The notes beneath the pieces were generated by a model. It made no database searches, was not told the DNA's origin, and worked only from the letters and a program-made list of their open reading frames with translations. From contig NC_006138.1 of assembly GCF_000025945.1 (NCBI RefSeq), positions 1,110,001 through 1,142,000 on the forward strand: a stretch of 32,000 nt of DNA, read 5' to 3'. This stretch comes from Desulfotalea psychrophila LSv54 (GTDB taxonomy: Bacteria > Desulfobacterota > Desulfobulbia > Desulfobulbales > Desulfocapsaceae). Both the position numbers and the translations under genes were made by a program. The stretch's first letter is position 1; every line of letters begins with the position of its first letter. This document shows positions 18,821 through 27,376 of this stretch, piece after piece.

Positions 18821-18895
18821 AGCAGGGACAGATTTATCTGTAGAGTAAAAAACGGCTACTTATAGCCACAATGAATATCCACTAGGAGGTTTGAA

Positions 18896-19216
18896 ATGCC
18901 AACACTTGAACATAATGGATCATCTTTCCAGGTAGACGAAGACGGATTCCTTCTTACAGGAATGGAAGAATTCAACGAAGATTGGATTGAGTACGTAAGT
19001 AGCGTTGAAGGTATCGAAGAGTTGACCGACGAGCACAGGAAGGTTATTGATTCTCTTCAAGAGTACTACAAGAAGAACGGAATCGCTCCTATGGTTCGTA
19101 TTCTTTCTAAGACCACTGGTTTCCCATTAAAGAGAATCTACGAGCTCTTTCCTTCAGGACCAGGAAAGGGAGCTTGTAAAATGGCTGGACTTCCTAAGCC
19201 TACAGGTTGTGTATAA
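18896..19216 (+). CDS. dsrC: DsrC, the dissimilatory sulfite reductase-associated sulfur carrier (TusE/DsrC family)
   Basis: 106 aa ending ...GKGACKMAGLPKPTGCV. This carries both conserved C-terminal-arm cysteines that distinguish true DsrC from TusE. Excellent RBS (taggagg) and a strong terminator. Confidence 0.9.
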   Translation: MPTLEHNGSSFQVDEDGFLLTGMEEFNEDWIEYVSSVEGIEELTDEHRKVIDSLQEYYKKNGIAPMVRILSKTTGFPLKRIYELFPSGPGKGACKMAGLPKPTGCV

Positions 19217-19245
19217 GTAATTAGCAGTCTGGTTTTGCAGTTAAA

Positions 19246-19282
19246 GGGTTGTTGCATTTATTTGCAACAGCCCTTTTTTTTT
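19246..19282 (+). terminator. rho-independent terminator of dsrC
   Basis: An 11-bp stem, gggttgttgca / tgcaacagccc, with loop tttattt, followed by T9 (19274-19282). Confidence 0.8.
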
Positions 19283-19432
19283 GTCTGCGTTTAAGCCTTG
19301 TTGCGCCTATTGTTGTCGCCGAGATGAGGCAAAGGTCATGGCATTTGTTACGTACTGAATCCCTTCAGGGGAAAGGCACAGTCTTCTCAATTGCTATGGT
19401 TTGTGTTTCTTGAGGTGGAGAGGAGGGGGGGG

Positions 19433-19834
19433 TTATTTTTTCTTTTCTGGTAAAGGGGGAGCGACCTGTTTTTTCAGAGCGGCCTTTACCTCTCCTTCAA
19501 TTCCTGCCCCAGGCTCAACGGTCAGGCTTGTCGATTCAATTGTACCGACGATGCAACAGTCCTTTCTAGCGGTGAGGAGACCTGTCTTTATGTTACCGAG
19601 TAGAGAGCCAAAACAGTTAAAGGAATCTAGTTGGAGATTGCCCTCTATTTTGCCTGATTCGCTGAGAATGAGGTGTTCTCCCCGGATGTTTCCTATGACT
19701 GTGCCGTCAATACGCGTCTTGCCCTTAAAGGAAATTTCTCCAGTAATTGTCATGGATTTATCAATGATTGAGGCAATTGCTTCGCCGTCAATTTTTTTCA
19801 AAGTGCTTTCAACATTTGTGGATTTACCGAACAT
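19433..19834 (-). CDS. bactofilin (polymer-forming cytoskeletal protein, CcmA-like)
   Basis: 133 aa. Shows the repetitive beta-helix pattern typical of the bactofilin domain (ITGEISFKGKTRIDGTVIGNIRGEHLILSESGKIEGNL...GNIKTGLL...IVGTIES..LTVEPGAGIEGEV) plus a basic Pro-rich tail. Confidence 0.85.
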   Translation of the reverse strand: MFGKSTNVESTLKKIDGEAIASIIDKSMTITGEISFKGKTRIDGTVIGNIRGEHLILSESGKIEGNLQLDSFNCFGSLLGNIKTGLLTARKDCCIVGTIESTSLTVEPGAGIEGEVKAALKKQVAPPLPEKKK

Positions 19835-20789
19835 GTGCGACCTTTCTTTTCTTTTTAGGGATTTTGATAGCTAAATATTTACTTGGATTTATCGTTTTCC
19901 TGTTCAGGATAACTTCATAATGAAGGTGGGGGCCTGTTGATCTGCCGGAGTTGCCCACAAGCCCAATTGTCTGGCCTCTCTGTATTTTGTCACCCTTTCT
20001 TACAAGAAACTTTTTCATATGACCGTATGCTGTTTTGTAGCCATTTTTATGGCTTATGAGCACGTAGTTGCCGTAGCCGCCGTTGTAGAAGGCCTTTTCA
20101 ACAATGCCGTCTCCTGTGGCAATGATCTTATCGCCTCTCCTGCCCCGAATGTCGACACCGGAGTGAAAGGCCGCCTTGCTGTTGAGTGGGTCGGCGCGCG
20201 GACCGTATCGAGATGTTATTTTTCCTGGAATTGGTCGGCCTAGAGGAAGTGTCCGGAGTATTTGTACATATTTTTCAGCTTGAAGGATGAGGGGGGTGTA
20301 GGCACCATCTGTGTTGGCAATATAGGGACCACCGCTGTTTTCCCTGGAGCTTTTCGGGATAATTTTATTGATCTTGATACCTATTCCACCCATAATATCT
20401 TCTATGAGCTTGCTACGTTCCTTGAGGTCGCTGATGGTTGTAGAAATAAGCTCTTCTCTTTCAGCCTTGAATGTTTCTGTCTGCTCTGCCTTCTCCTCTT
20501 TCAGGAAGGAAAGCTGTTGAGTGAGCTGTAGCTCTTTGCTTTTGCTTTTTTGGCTGACTACTGAGAGTTGCTTTTGGACCTGCCCAAGCCGGTTTTCCAG
20601 TTTACTGAGCTTATTATCCATATAGCGATTGCTTGTCCAGAGGCCAAGGGAGGAAAATGTGGCGATGCCGAATATGGAAAGGAGGATGGAGGCGCTGGCG
20701 ATGGTAATGTACAGTGTCCTTTTGGAAAGTTGGATGCGAAATATCTTGCCATTATCTTTAGCGATAATGAAATGAAATAGATCATTCAT
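19824..20789 (-). CDS. M23 family (LytM-type) metallopeptidase with an N-terminal TM anchor and coiled coil
   Basis: The C-terminal domain has FHSGVDI, GNYVLISHKNGYKTAYGHM, and GLVGNSGRSTGPHLHYEV (HxxxD / HxH zinc motifs). A TM segment LYITIASASILLSIFGIATF is followed by a coiled coil. The 3' end overlaps the bactofilin start by 11 nt. Confidence 0.87.
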   Translation of the reverse strand: MNDLFHFIIAKDNGKIFRIQLSKRTLYITIASASILLSIFGIATFSSLGLWTSNRYMDNKLSKLENRLGQVQKQLSVVSQKSKSKELQLTQQLSFLKEEKAEQTETFKAEREELISTTISDLKERSKLIEDIMGGIGIKINKIIPKSSRENSGGPYIANTDGAYTPLILQAEKYVQILRTLPLGRPIPGKITSRYGPRADPLNSKAAFHSGVDIRGRRGDKIIATGDGIVEKAFYNGGYGNYVLISHKNGYKTAYGHMKKFLVRKGDKIQRGQTIGLVGNSGRSTGPHLHYEVILNRKTINPSKYLAIKIPKKKRKVAHVR

Positions 20790-21016
20790 ATGTGTTTTTT
20801 TTGAAAGGAGGGATGTGTTTTGAGGAAATAAAACACCTCGTCAGATTGTTTTGGACTTGGTAGGATGAGAAAAACTACCATTATTTTTATTGTATATAGT
20901 ATATTTATACTCGCTGTACTGTAAATTCGCAACTGTAAAAAAATTAGGGCATGCTACTTCATCTGTGCATGCTCAGGGTCTAATTACGGTTATTATTTGA
21001 TTCTGTTGGGATTCCT

Positions 21017-22855
21017 ATGTCACATTTATTGAGCTGTAAAGAACTTTCCAAGGCCTTTGGAGCAAGAAGGCTTTTTGAGAATATTGATCTTGTTATACAT
21101 CAGGGAGATCGAATTGGACTTGTGGGCCCTAATGGCTCTGGCAAGTCAACTTTGTTGAAGATACTCTGTACCAAGGAGGATGCGGATAGCGGTCAGGTGC
21201 TTTGCCAGAAAAAGGTGCGGTTGAGTTACCTTGCTCAGGAAGAGATCTTTGTTGATGGGCAGAGCATTGCAGACAATCTGTTCCATGCCCTTGATGGAGA
21301 GCCTCTGAACGATATTGAGAAGCATACCCGTGTCCATGAGTTGCTTTCCCGGGCGGAGTTTGAGGATTCAAGCCTCCTTGTCGGTGTGCTGTCTGGAGGT
21401 TGGAGAAAACGTCTCTCTATCTGTCGCTCTCTGCTGGTTGATCCGGATGTCCTTATCATGGATGAGCCCACAAACCATCTTGATATTGAAGGGATCTTGT
21501 GGCTTGAAAAACTTTTACTCAGTGGTAGAACGAATCTTGCTGCCTATCTGCTAGTGAGTCATGATCGAAGGTTTTTAGAAAATTGTACCAATAAAATCGT
21601 TGAACTTTCTGCCGCCTACCCAGAGGGCATTTTTCAAGTTGCTGGTAACTATTCCCGCTTTTTGGCCGAGCGTGCTACTTTCTTAGAGGGGCAGGCCTTG
21701 GAGGAGGAGCGCCTGGTTAATAAGCTTCGCAGGGAGGCTGAATGGCTGAGTCGAGGCCCCAAGGCGAGGAGTACCAAGGCTCGTTATCGTATCGATGAGG
21801 CCTATAAGCTCATGGATAAGGTCGGTGAGGTAAAAGCCCGTAATCGAATGCAAACGGATGTGCAAATCGACTTCGATGTGACGGGGCGTCGGACCAAGAA
21901 GCTTTTGGAGGCCTCGGGTATTGGTAAGAGCTATGATGGAAGACAGCTCTTTGAAAACCTTGATCTGGTTCTCTCGCCGGGTAGTAAACTTGGTTTGCTG
22001 GGTCGCAACGGTTGTGGCAAATCAACCCTGATGAAGTTACTTGCTGCCAGCGTGGAAGAGGGTGGCTTTGCTCCGGATACCGGCACAATCCGTACAGCAG
22101 ATAAGATTCGTATTGTCTCCTTTGATCAAAATAGAGAAAATATTAATCCGAACATCAGCCTGCGTCGGGCCCTTGCCCCGGATGGAGACTCCGTTGTCTT
22201 TCAGGATCGTCTGATTCATGTTGTCTCTTGGGCTAAGAAGTTTCTCTTTGATGTGGAGCAGTTGGAAACCCCTGTAGGACAGCTCTCGGGTGGCGAGCAG
22301 GCTAGGATTTTAATTGCCGACCTTATGCGTAAACCTGCTGATATTCTGCTTTTAGATGAGCCCACCAACGATCTTGATATTCCCTCTTTGGCTGTGCTTG
22401 AGGAGAGTCTCTTGGAGTTTAGTGGAGCCCTGGTGCTTGTGACTCATGATCGTTTTCTTCTTGATCGTATCTGTGATAGATTACTCGGTTTTGGCGCTCA
22501 GGACAGTCCTATTTATTATGCAAGCTATCAACAGTGGTTGGAAGAAATTGCCGGGTCGAGGAAAAAGGTGAAGGCCCCCGTCGCTGCCCCTGTCGCTAAC
22601 CCGGAGAAGAGCAAAAATTTTGGTGCCGGCAAGCTCTCCTATATGGATCAGCGCGAGTACGACGGTCTTGAAGAGGGGATTGCCTCTGCCGAGGCCCTGG
22701 CTGAGGAGCTTGAGGCCGAGATGGTTTTGCCGGAGGTTGTGGCCGATGCAGCCCGTTTGGGCGCGTGTTGGGAGAAGGTTGAGCAGGCGCGGGCAGAGGT
22801 AGATCGTCTCTATCTGCGTTGGGAGGTGTTGGAAGAGAAGAAGGGTGGCCAGTAA
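21017..22855 (+). CDS. uup: ABC-F family ATPase, Uup-like (two ABC domains plus a C-terminal coiled-coil domain)
   Basis: Two Walker A sites (GPNGSGKST, GRNGCGKST), two signatures (LSGGWRKRL, LSGGEQARI), and no TM domain. The C-terminus, KLSYMDQREYDGLE...RLYLRWEVLEEKKGGQ, resembles the E. coli Uup tail. Confidence 0.85.
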   Translation: MSHLLSCKELSKAFGARRLFENIDLVIHQGDRIGLVGPNGSGKSTLLKILCTKEDADSGQVLCQKKVRLSYLAQEEIFVDGQSIADNLFHALDGEPLNDIEKHTRVHELLSRAEFEDSSLLVGVLSGGWRKRLSICRSLLVDPDVLIMDEPTNHLDIEGILWLEKLLLSGRTNLAAYLLVSHDRRFLENCTNKIVELSAAYPEGIFQVAGNYSRFLAERATFLEGQALEEERLVNKLRREAEWLSRGPKARSTKARYRIDEAYKLMDKVGEVKARNRMQTDVQIDFDVTGRRTKKLLEASGIGKSYDGRQLFENLDLVLSPGSKLGLLGRNGCGKSTLMKLLAASVEEGGFAPDTGTIRTADKIRIVSFDQNRENINPNISLRRALAPDGDSVVFQDRLIHVVSWAKKFLFDVEQLETPVGQLSGGEQARILIADLMRKPADILLLDEPTNDLDIPSLAVLEESLLEFSGALVLVTHDRFLLDRICDRLLGFGAQDSPIYYASYQQWLEEIAGSRKKVKAPVAAPVANPEKSKNFGAGKLSYMDQREYDGLEEGIASAEALAEELEAEMVLPEVVADAARLGACWEKVEQARAEVDRLYLRWEVLEEKKGGQ

Positions 22856-22866
22856 AAGGAGAGTCT

Positions 22867-23592
22867 ATGAAAATAGCTATTATCTCTGATGTTCATGGTA
22901 ATTATGAGGCCCTCTCTGCTGTTTTAGCGGATTTGGCCGGGCGCCCCTATGATCTCCTGATAAGCCTTGGCGATAATATTGGCTATGGGCCGGAACCGGA
23001 ACAGGTTCTGGTCCGCATGCAGATGATGAATATCCTCTCTGTTGCCGGCAACCATGAGAGGGCAATGTTTGATTCTCAGGCCTACGACGGATTGAATTTT
23101 CAGGCTCAGGAAAATAACCTGCGCACGCGTGCTATGCTTTCGCCTGAAAGTCTTCTTTACTGTCAAGCTATGCCGGATTTTTGGGTTCAGGACAGGGCTT
23201 ATTTTGTCCACGGTTTTCCTCCGGATTCTTTTAGTAGGTATCTGTATGAAGTTCCGGATGAGGAGATTAGGGAGTACCTTGCCGGTACCGGGATGGATGT
23301 CTGCTTTGTCGGTCATACCCATCGTCCGGCTTTGTTGGAGGTGGAGGATGGGCAGCTCATCACCACTAAGCTTGGGGAGGGTCATTTCGTCCTCGATCCT
23401 TGTCGCTCCTATATTGTTAATGTGGGTAGTGTGGGCCAGCCCAGAGGCAAGGATAGGCGGGCGCAGTATGTGCTTTGGGATAGCCTCAGTCATGAGCTTC
23501 AGGTTATCTGCCTCTCCTATGATCCCCTGCCAACCATGAAAAAAATACGTGCCCTGGGTTTTTCAGAAAATTATGCGAGCAGGTTGCAGTAG
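22867..23592 (+). CDS. metallophosphoesterase (calcineurin-like superfamily; possible protein phosphatase)
   Basis: MKIAIISDVHGN, LGDNIGYGPEP, AGNHE and VGHTH are the metallophosphoesterase metal-binding motifs. ATG 22867 has RBS aaaggag. The listed start at 22819 overlaps the end of uup and is unlikely. Confidence 0.8.
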   Translation: MKIAIISDVHGNYEALSAVLADLAGRPYDLLISLGDNIGYGPEPEQVLVRMQMMNILSVAGNHERAMFDSQAYDGLNFQAQENNLRTRAMLSPESLLYCQAMPDFWVQDRAYFVHGFPPDSFSRYLYEVPDEEIREYLAGTGMDVCFVGHTHRPALLEVEDGQLITTKLGEGHFVLDPCRSYIVNVGSVGQPRGKDRRAQYVLWDSLSHELQVICLSYDPLPTMKKIRALGFSENYASRLQ

Positions 23593-23615
23593 GGGCTGTC
23601 CGCAGGGGAGAAGCT

Positions 23616-24926
23616 ATGAAGAGTGTCGGAGCCTATGAAATTGTAGGTCGTCTTGGTCGTGGCGGGATGTCGACGGTTTATAAGGCGAAAGCGCCCTTTA
23701 GTGGTCGTTTGGTTGCCTTGAAGATACTGCAACCTCGTAATGAGGTTTTTGTCGATTTGGTTGGCTGGGCTGCTCTCTGTCGTGCATTTTTGGCAGAGGC
23801 ACGGATCATGGCAGGCTTTGCCCATCCGCATATCGCCCAGGTTGTTGACTGTGGAGAGCATGAGGCTTGCCCCTATATTGTTCTGGAGTATTATTCCCAT
23901 TCGGTGGGAGGGGTGTTGGGCGAGGCCTACCGGATAGAGGAGAAGGCTCGGCCTTTACAGCCCGGAACAGCTCTTCGTTATCTCCAGCAAACCCTGAAGG
24001 GGCTTGTCCGTTTGCATGCTGCAGGTATTATCCACCGGGATATTAAACCCTATAACCTGATGCTGACAAGTGATAATCGGATAAAAATAATTGATTTTGG
24101 TCTTTCCCGGGTGCGGGGGGAGGAGCTTCTGGCAGTGCCTGGGATGCAGGTGGGCTCCCCTTATTATGCAGCCCCGGAGCTTCGACAGAGGGATGGGCTG
24201 GTTGATGGCCGGGCCGATCTTTATAGTTTAGCTGTTGTGGCCTATAGGATGCTGACCGGTTGCCTGCTTGGCACAGAGGCGGTTCTTCCTGCTGCCTGGC
24301 CCCGGGATTGGCGGGCGTTTATGGAGAGATCTCTCCAGCTTAATCCGAAAGATCGTTTTGCCAGTGCCGAAGAGATGCTGGTGGCCATGGAAGGCTTGGG
24401 CGAAGAGTGTCTCGTTGGCGAGGAGCTATTGCCTCAGGCAGCGGTCGGTAAAGCCCATATCCTTCGCAGTCAGCCGCAGCGTATCCTCTTTAAGGATGTT
24501 GCCCGAAAACTTGGCCTTGATAAGCTGTTGAGGCCCTTGGTCTCTGCTTCATCTGAACTGGTTGAAATTGATTCTTTTCAGGCGGTGGACAGGGGGGCAG
24601 GTCTACTCTGGCAACGTCGTGGCTCTGGCTACCCCATGACCACCTATCAGGCACATCACTATATAGAGCATCTCAATGAGGTCTGTTGGCGTGATAGGCA
24701 GGATTGGCGTCTTCCGACTCTGGCCGAGTTACTCACCCTTCTTCCCTGCAGGGGGCAGGCGACCCTTTCTGCCCCGGGCCGCCTCTTCTCCTCTGACATT
24801 CACTGGTTGTGGTCCTCTGACCTGAGTAATAAAAAGCAGGCCTGGGCCATGGACTTTATGGAGGGCTATGTGGAGAGGTTGGATAAGGACGGCGCAGCGT
24901 CGGTCTGTGCCGTATCCTCTCTGTAA
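23616..24926 (+). CDS. Hanks-type Ser/Thr protein kinase fused to a C-terminal DUF1566-like domain, with no TM segment
   Basis: Kinase motifs are GRGGMSTVYKA, VALKIL, HRDIKPYNLM, DFGLS and SPYYAAPE. The C-terminal ~110 aa (GLLWQRR...DWRLPTLAELLTL...HWLWSSD...AWAMDFMEGYV) match my recollection of the DUF1566 signature. Confidence 0.85.
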   Translation: MKSVGAYEIVGRLGRGGMSTVYKAKAPFSGRLVALKILQPRNEVFVDLVGWAALCRAFLAEARIMAGFAHPHIAQVVDCGEHEACPYIVLEYYSHSVGGVLGEAYRIEEKARPLQPGTALRYLQQTLKGLVRLHAAGIIHRDIKPYNLMLTSDNRIKIIDFGLSRVRGEELLAVPGMQVGSPYYAAPELRQRDGLVDGRADLYSLAVVAYRMLTGCLLGTEAVLPAAWPRDWRAFMERSLQLNPKDRFASAEEMLVAMEGLGEECLVGEELLPQAAVGKAHILRSQPQRILFKDVARKLGLDKLLRPLVSASSELVEIDSFQAVDRGAGLLWQRRGSGYPMTTYQAHHYIEHLNEVCWRDRQDWRLPTLAELLTLLPCRGQATLSAPGRLFSSDIHWLWSSDLSNKKQAWAMDFMEGYVERLDKDGAASVCAVSSL

Positions 24927-24931
24927 TGTCT

Positions 24932-25945
24932 CTATAGGGCCCCTGCAAAAAGTCCTATCTGTTTGATCACATAGTCTATATCCTCACCACTGATATCGAG
25001 GTGGGTGACAAGGCGGGTGGTCTTATCCTCTGAGATCAGGATATTTTTTGTCTTAAGGAACTCTGCCAGCCGTCTGCTCTCCTGAAATTGAACAAAGACC
25101 ATATTGGTTTGGACATCTTCGCTAATTTGGCAAAAAGTGGGATACTTTTTCAATCCCTCCTGGAGTCGTTTGGCGTTGTCATGATCCAGGCTGAGTCTTT
25201 CTACATGGTTTTCCAAGGCATAGAGGCCAGCGGCGGCAAGAGACCCTGCCTGACGCATCGCTCCTCCTGTTACCTTTCTCCATCTTCTGGCCTGGTTAAT
25301 AAGGGGCACACTTCCACAGAGAAGAGAACCCACCGGTGCGCCTAAACCTTTTGAAAGGCAGATGGACGCCGAGTCAAAGAGACCGGTGATTTTCTTGATA
25401 TCGATATCAAGGGCAACGGCGGCGTTGAAGGCCCGGGCTCCGTCGAGATGCAGGGCGAGGCCCTTCTGCAGGCTGAAGTAGCGTGCTCGCTCAAGGTATT
25501 CCATGGGTAAAACCTTGCCGCCCTGGGTGTTTTCAAGGCAGAGCAGGCGGGTTCGGGCATAGTGAAAATCATCGGGTTTGATTTCTTCTTCAATCCTGTC
25601 GAGATCGAGGCTACCGTCCTTTGCAAACTCAATGGGCTGGGGTTGGATACTTCCCAGTATGGCAGCGCCACCGCCCTCGTATCTATAGGTGTGGGCATCT
25701 TGCCCCACCAGATATTCGTCGCCTCGTCCGCAGTGCGACATAAGGGCAATAAGGTTTGCTGCCGTGCCACTGGGGGTGAAGAGAGCGGCTTCGAAGCCAA
25801 AGCGTTCTGCTGCATAATCCTCCAGCATGTTGATGCTGGGGTCATCGCCATAGACATCATCGCCTACTTCGGCTCTAAACATGGCCTCTTGCATCTTAGG
25901 AGTGGGTTTTGTTACCGTGTCGCTTCTTAAGTCTATTGTCTTCAT
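24932..25945 (-). CDS. ltaE: low-specificity L-threonine aldolase
   Basis: MKTIDLRSDTVTKPTPKMQEAM..VGDDVYGDDPS...LENT..GKVLP...LHLDGAR.FNA...CLSKGLGAPVGSLL is closely colinear with E. coli LtaE as I remember it, including the PLP lysine in SKGLG. ATG 25945 is preferred over the listed 25996. Confidence 0.88.
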   Translation of the reverse strand: MKTIDLRSDTVTKPTPKMQEAMFRAEVGDDVYGDDPSINMLEDYAAERFGFEAALFTPSGTAANLIALMSHCGRGDEYLVGQDAHTYRYEGGGAAILGSIQPQPIEFAKDGSLDLDRIEEEIKPDDFHYARTRLLCLENTQGGKVLPMEYLERARYFSLQKGLALHLDGARAFNAAVALDIDIKKITGLFDSASICLSKGLGAPVGSLLCGSVPLINQARRWRKVTGGAMRQAGSLAAAGLYALENHVERLSLDHDNAKRLQEGLKKYPTFCQISEDVQTNMVFVQFQESRRLAEFLKTKNILISEDKTTRLVTHLDISGEDIDYVIKQIGLFAGAL

Positions 25946-26068
25946 AGTTGTTCCATCGTGACTGAGAGGTTGATTTTGTATGCTCTTCACCTGCATCTTT
26001 GTCTACATTTAATAAAAAAAAATATATTTGTACATTGGCAATTTAAAAGAAAAATCTCCATTTCTATA

Positions 26069-26097
26069 TTGACGAGTGGGAGGCGACACTATATAGA
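26069..26097 (+). promoter_or_regulatory. candidate sigma70-type promoter for the YitT-like gene
   Basis: TTGACG (26069-26074), then either 17 nt to TATAGA or 15 nt to TATATA, about 90 nt upstream of ATG 26188. Pattern match only. Confidence 0.3.
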
Positions 26098-26187
26098 GTT
26101 GTCCTGCTAAAAATGTTCCCTGTAGCCTCTGTGGCTAGCATTGTTCTGGGAAGAAAAAATGAGTAAATAGAGAGAAGGAGTTTAAGG

Positions 26188-26802
26188 ATGGACGGTGTTC
26201 TTCAGGTGGAAAGGCATACGGCGATTGAAGATGTGGTCGCGGTGGTAACGGGAACGGCTTTTGTGGCCTTTGGTGTCTTGTTTTTGCAGGCAGCAGGGCT
26301 TGCCACGGGAGGGATTGTGGGGCTCTCTCTGGTGGTTGAGTATCTGACGGGTATTCCCTTTGGTGTGCTTTTTATTGTCCTGAATATTCCCTTTTATTTT
26401 CTTGCCTGGGTACGGCTGGGAAAGGTCTTTACCCTGTCCAGTATATTTGCCGCTACTTCGGTCTCCTTTGTTAACAAGATGCTCGGTTTAGGAGTGACGA
26501 TTAGTGTGCTCTCACCTTTGCTCAGCGGTGTTATTGCAGGATTTCTGATGGGGGTGGGCATGTTGATGCTCTTTCGGCACCGGGCAAGCCTTGGCGGCTT
26601 TAATATCTTGGCCGTATATCTGCAGGAAAAGGGTGTTATTTCTGCTGGTAAGGCCCAGATGATGCTCGATGCCTGCATTCTGCTCGTTCTTGCCCTTTTT
26701 GTCGGCGTCGATTCCCTGCTTCCCTCGGCCCTCTCCGTTGTTGTTCTTAATCTTGTCCTTGTTATGAATCATAAGAATGGTAGGTATCAGGTGCAGTACT
26801 AG
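26188..26802 (+). CDS. YitT-family integral membrane protein
   Basis: 204 aa with five or six TM helices. The motifs GLATGGIVGLSLVV and LGGFNILAVY recall the YitT/DUF161 membrane family. RBS gagaaggag. Family call is from memory only. Confidence 0.55.
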   Translation: MDGVLQVERHTAIEDVVAVVTGTAFVAFGVLFLQAAGLATGGIVGLSLVVEYLTGIPFGVLFIVLNIPFYFLAWVRLGKVFTLSSIFAATSVSFVNKMLGLGVTISVLSPLLSGVIAGFLMGVGMLMLFRHRASLGGFNILAVYLQEKGVISAGKAQMMLDACILLVLALFVGVDSLLPSALSVVVLNLVLVMNHKNGRYQVQY

Positions 26803-26971
26803 GTGCTTTTTTTCTCTGCGCCTGCTGGTGGTTTTTTTTCTGTGCAGTTGTGGTTAACGAATAATTAGGCTATATTGTTGTATTCCTATAGAAATTGTTG
26901 GTTGTGCAGGTCCTGCCGATAGTGACAGGTTCTGGGCAATCTGTTTATATTTTTAATTTAAGGAGAAGACA

Positions 26972-27283
26972 ATGAATTCAAATCAAGTGAGGTGCGGAGC
27001 TGGATGTAGCGGCAAGCGAGTGAGTCTGTTTCTGTTGAGTTGTCTGTTTATGGTGTCGATGAGTTCTGTTTATGCTTTAATGCTTGCTGGGCCTGTGTCG
27101 GTATTTGTATTCTATGCCTTTCCAGCTGTCTTTCCCTCTTATGCTCAGGCCCTTTTGTCTACTAGCCTCTTCTTTAGTCTGTTGTTTCTCTTTATTACCG
27201 TTTTGAGTCGTTTGGCTCAGGCATCTTTAGAGGGTGCAAGGTATTTTCGTAGAACATTTTATTATGAATTTATATGTCAGTAG
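26972..27283 (+). CDS. 103-aa hypothetical membrane protein
   Basis: Good RBS (taaggagaagaca before the ATG), three hydrophobic segments, and a strong terminator downstream. No family recognised. Confidence 0.45.
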   Translation: MNSNQVRCGAGCSGKRVSLFLLSCLFMVSMSSVYALMLAGPVSVFVFYAFPAVFPSYAQALLSTSLFFSLLFLFITVLSRLAQASLEGARYFRRTFYYEFICQ

Positions 27284-27330
27284 GATCTTTTTTCTGGTGA
27301 GCTGGTTGCCAGTAGATTCGTGCTCTTTTG

Positions 27331-27363
27331 TGCTGGTAACCCCTGGTTACCAGCATTTTTTTT
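27331..27363 (+). terminator. rho-independent terminator after the 103-aa gene
   Basis: tgctggtaacc / ggttaccagca, an 11-bp perfect stem with a tight loop, followed by T8 (27356-27363). It lies inside the listed GTG-27320 extension of the ligase ORF, which argues against that start. Confidence 0.72.
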
Positions 27364-27376
27364 ACAGTTTGTGATT

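Noticed and set aside
20790-20860. A strong-looking aaaggaggg sequence followed by ATG on the plus strand just upstream of the M23 peptidase start, opening a 16-codon ORF.
   Set aside because: The SD-like sequence abuts the ATG with no spacer, the ORF is tiny and unremarkable, and the region is the divergent promoter between the M23 gene and uup.
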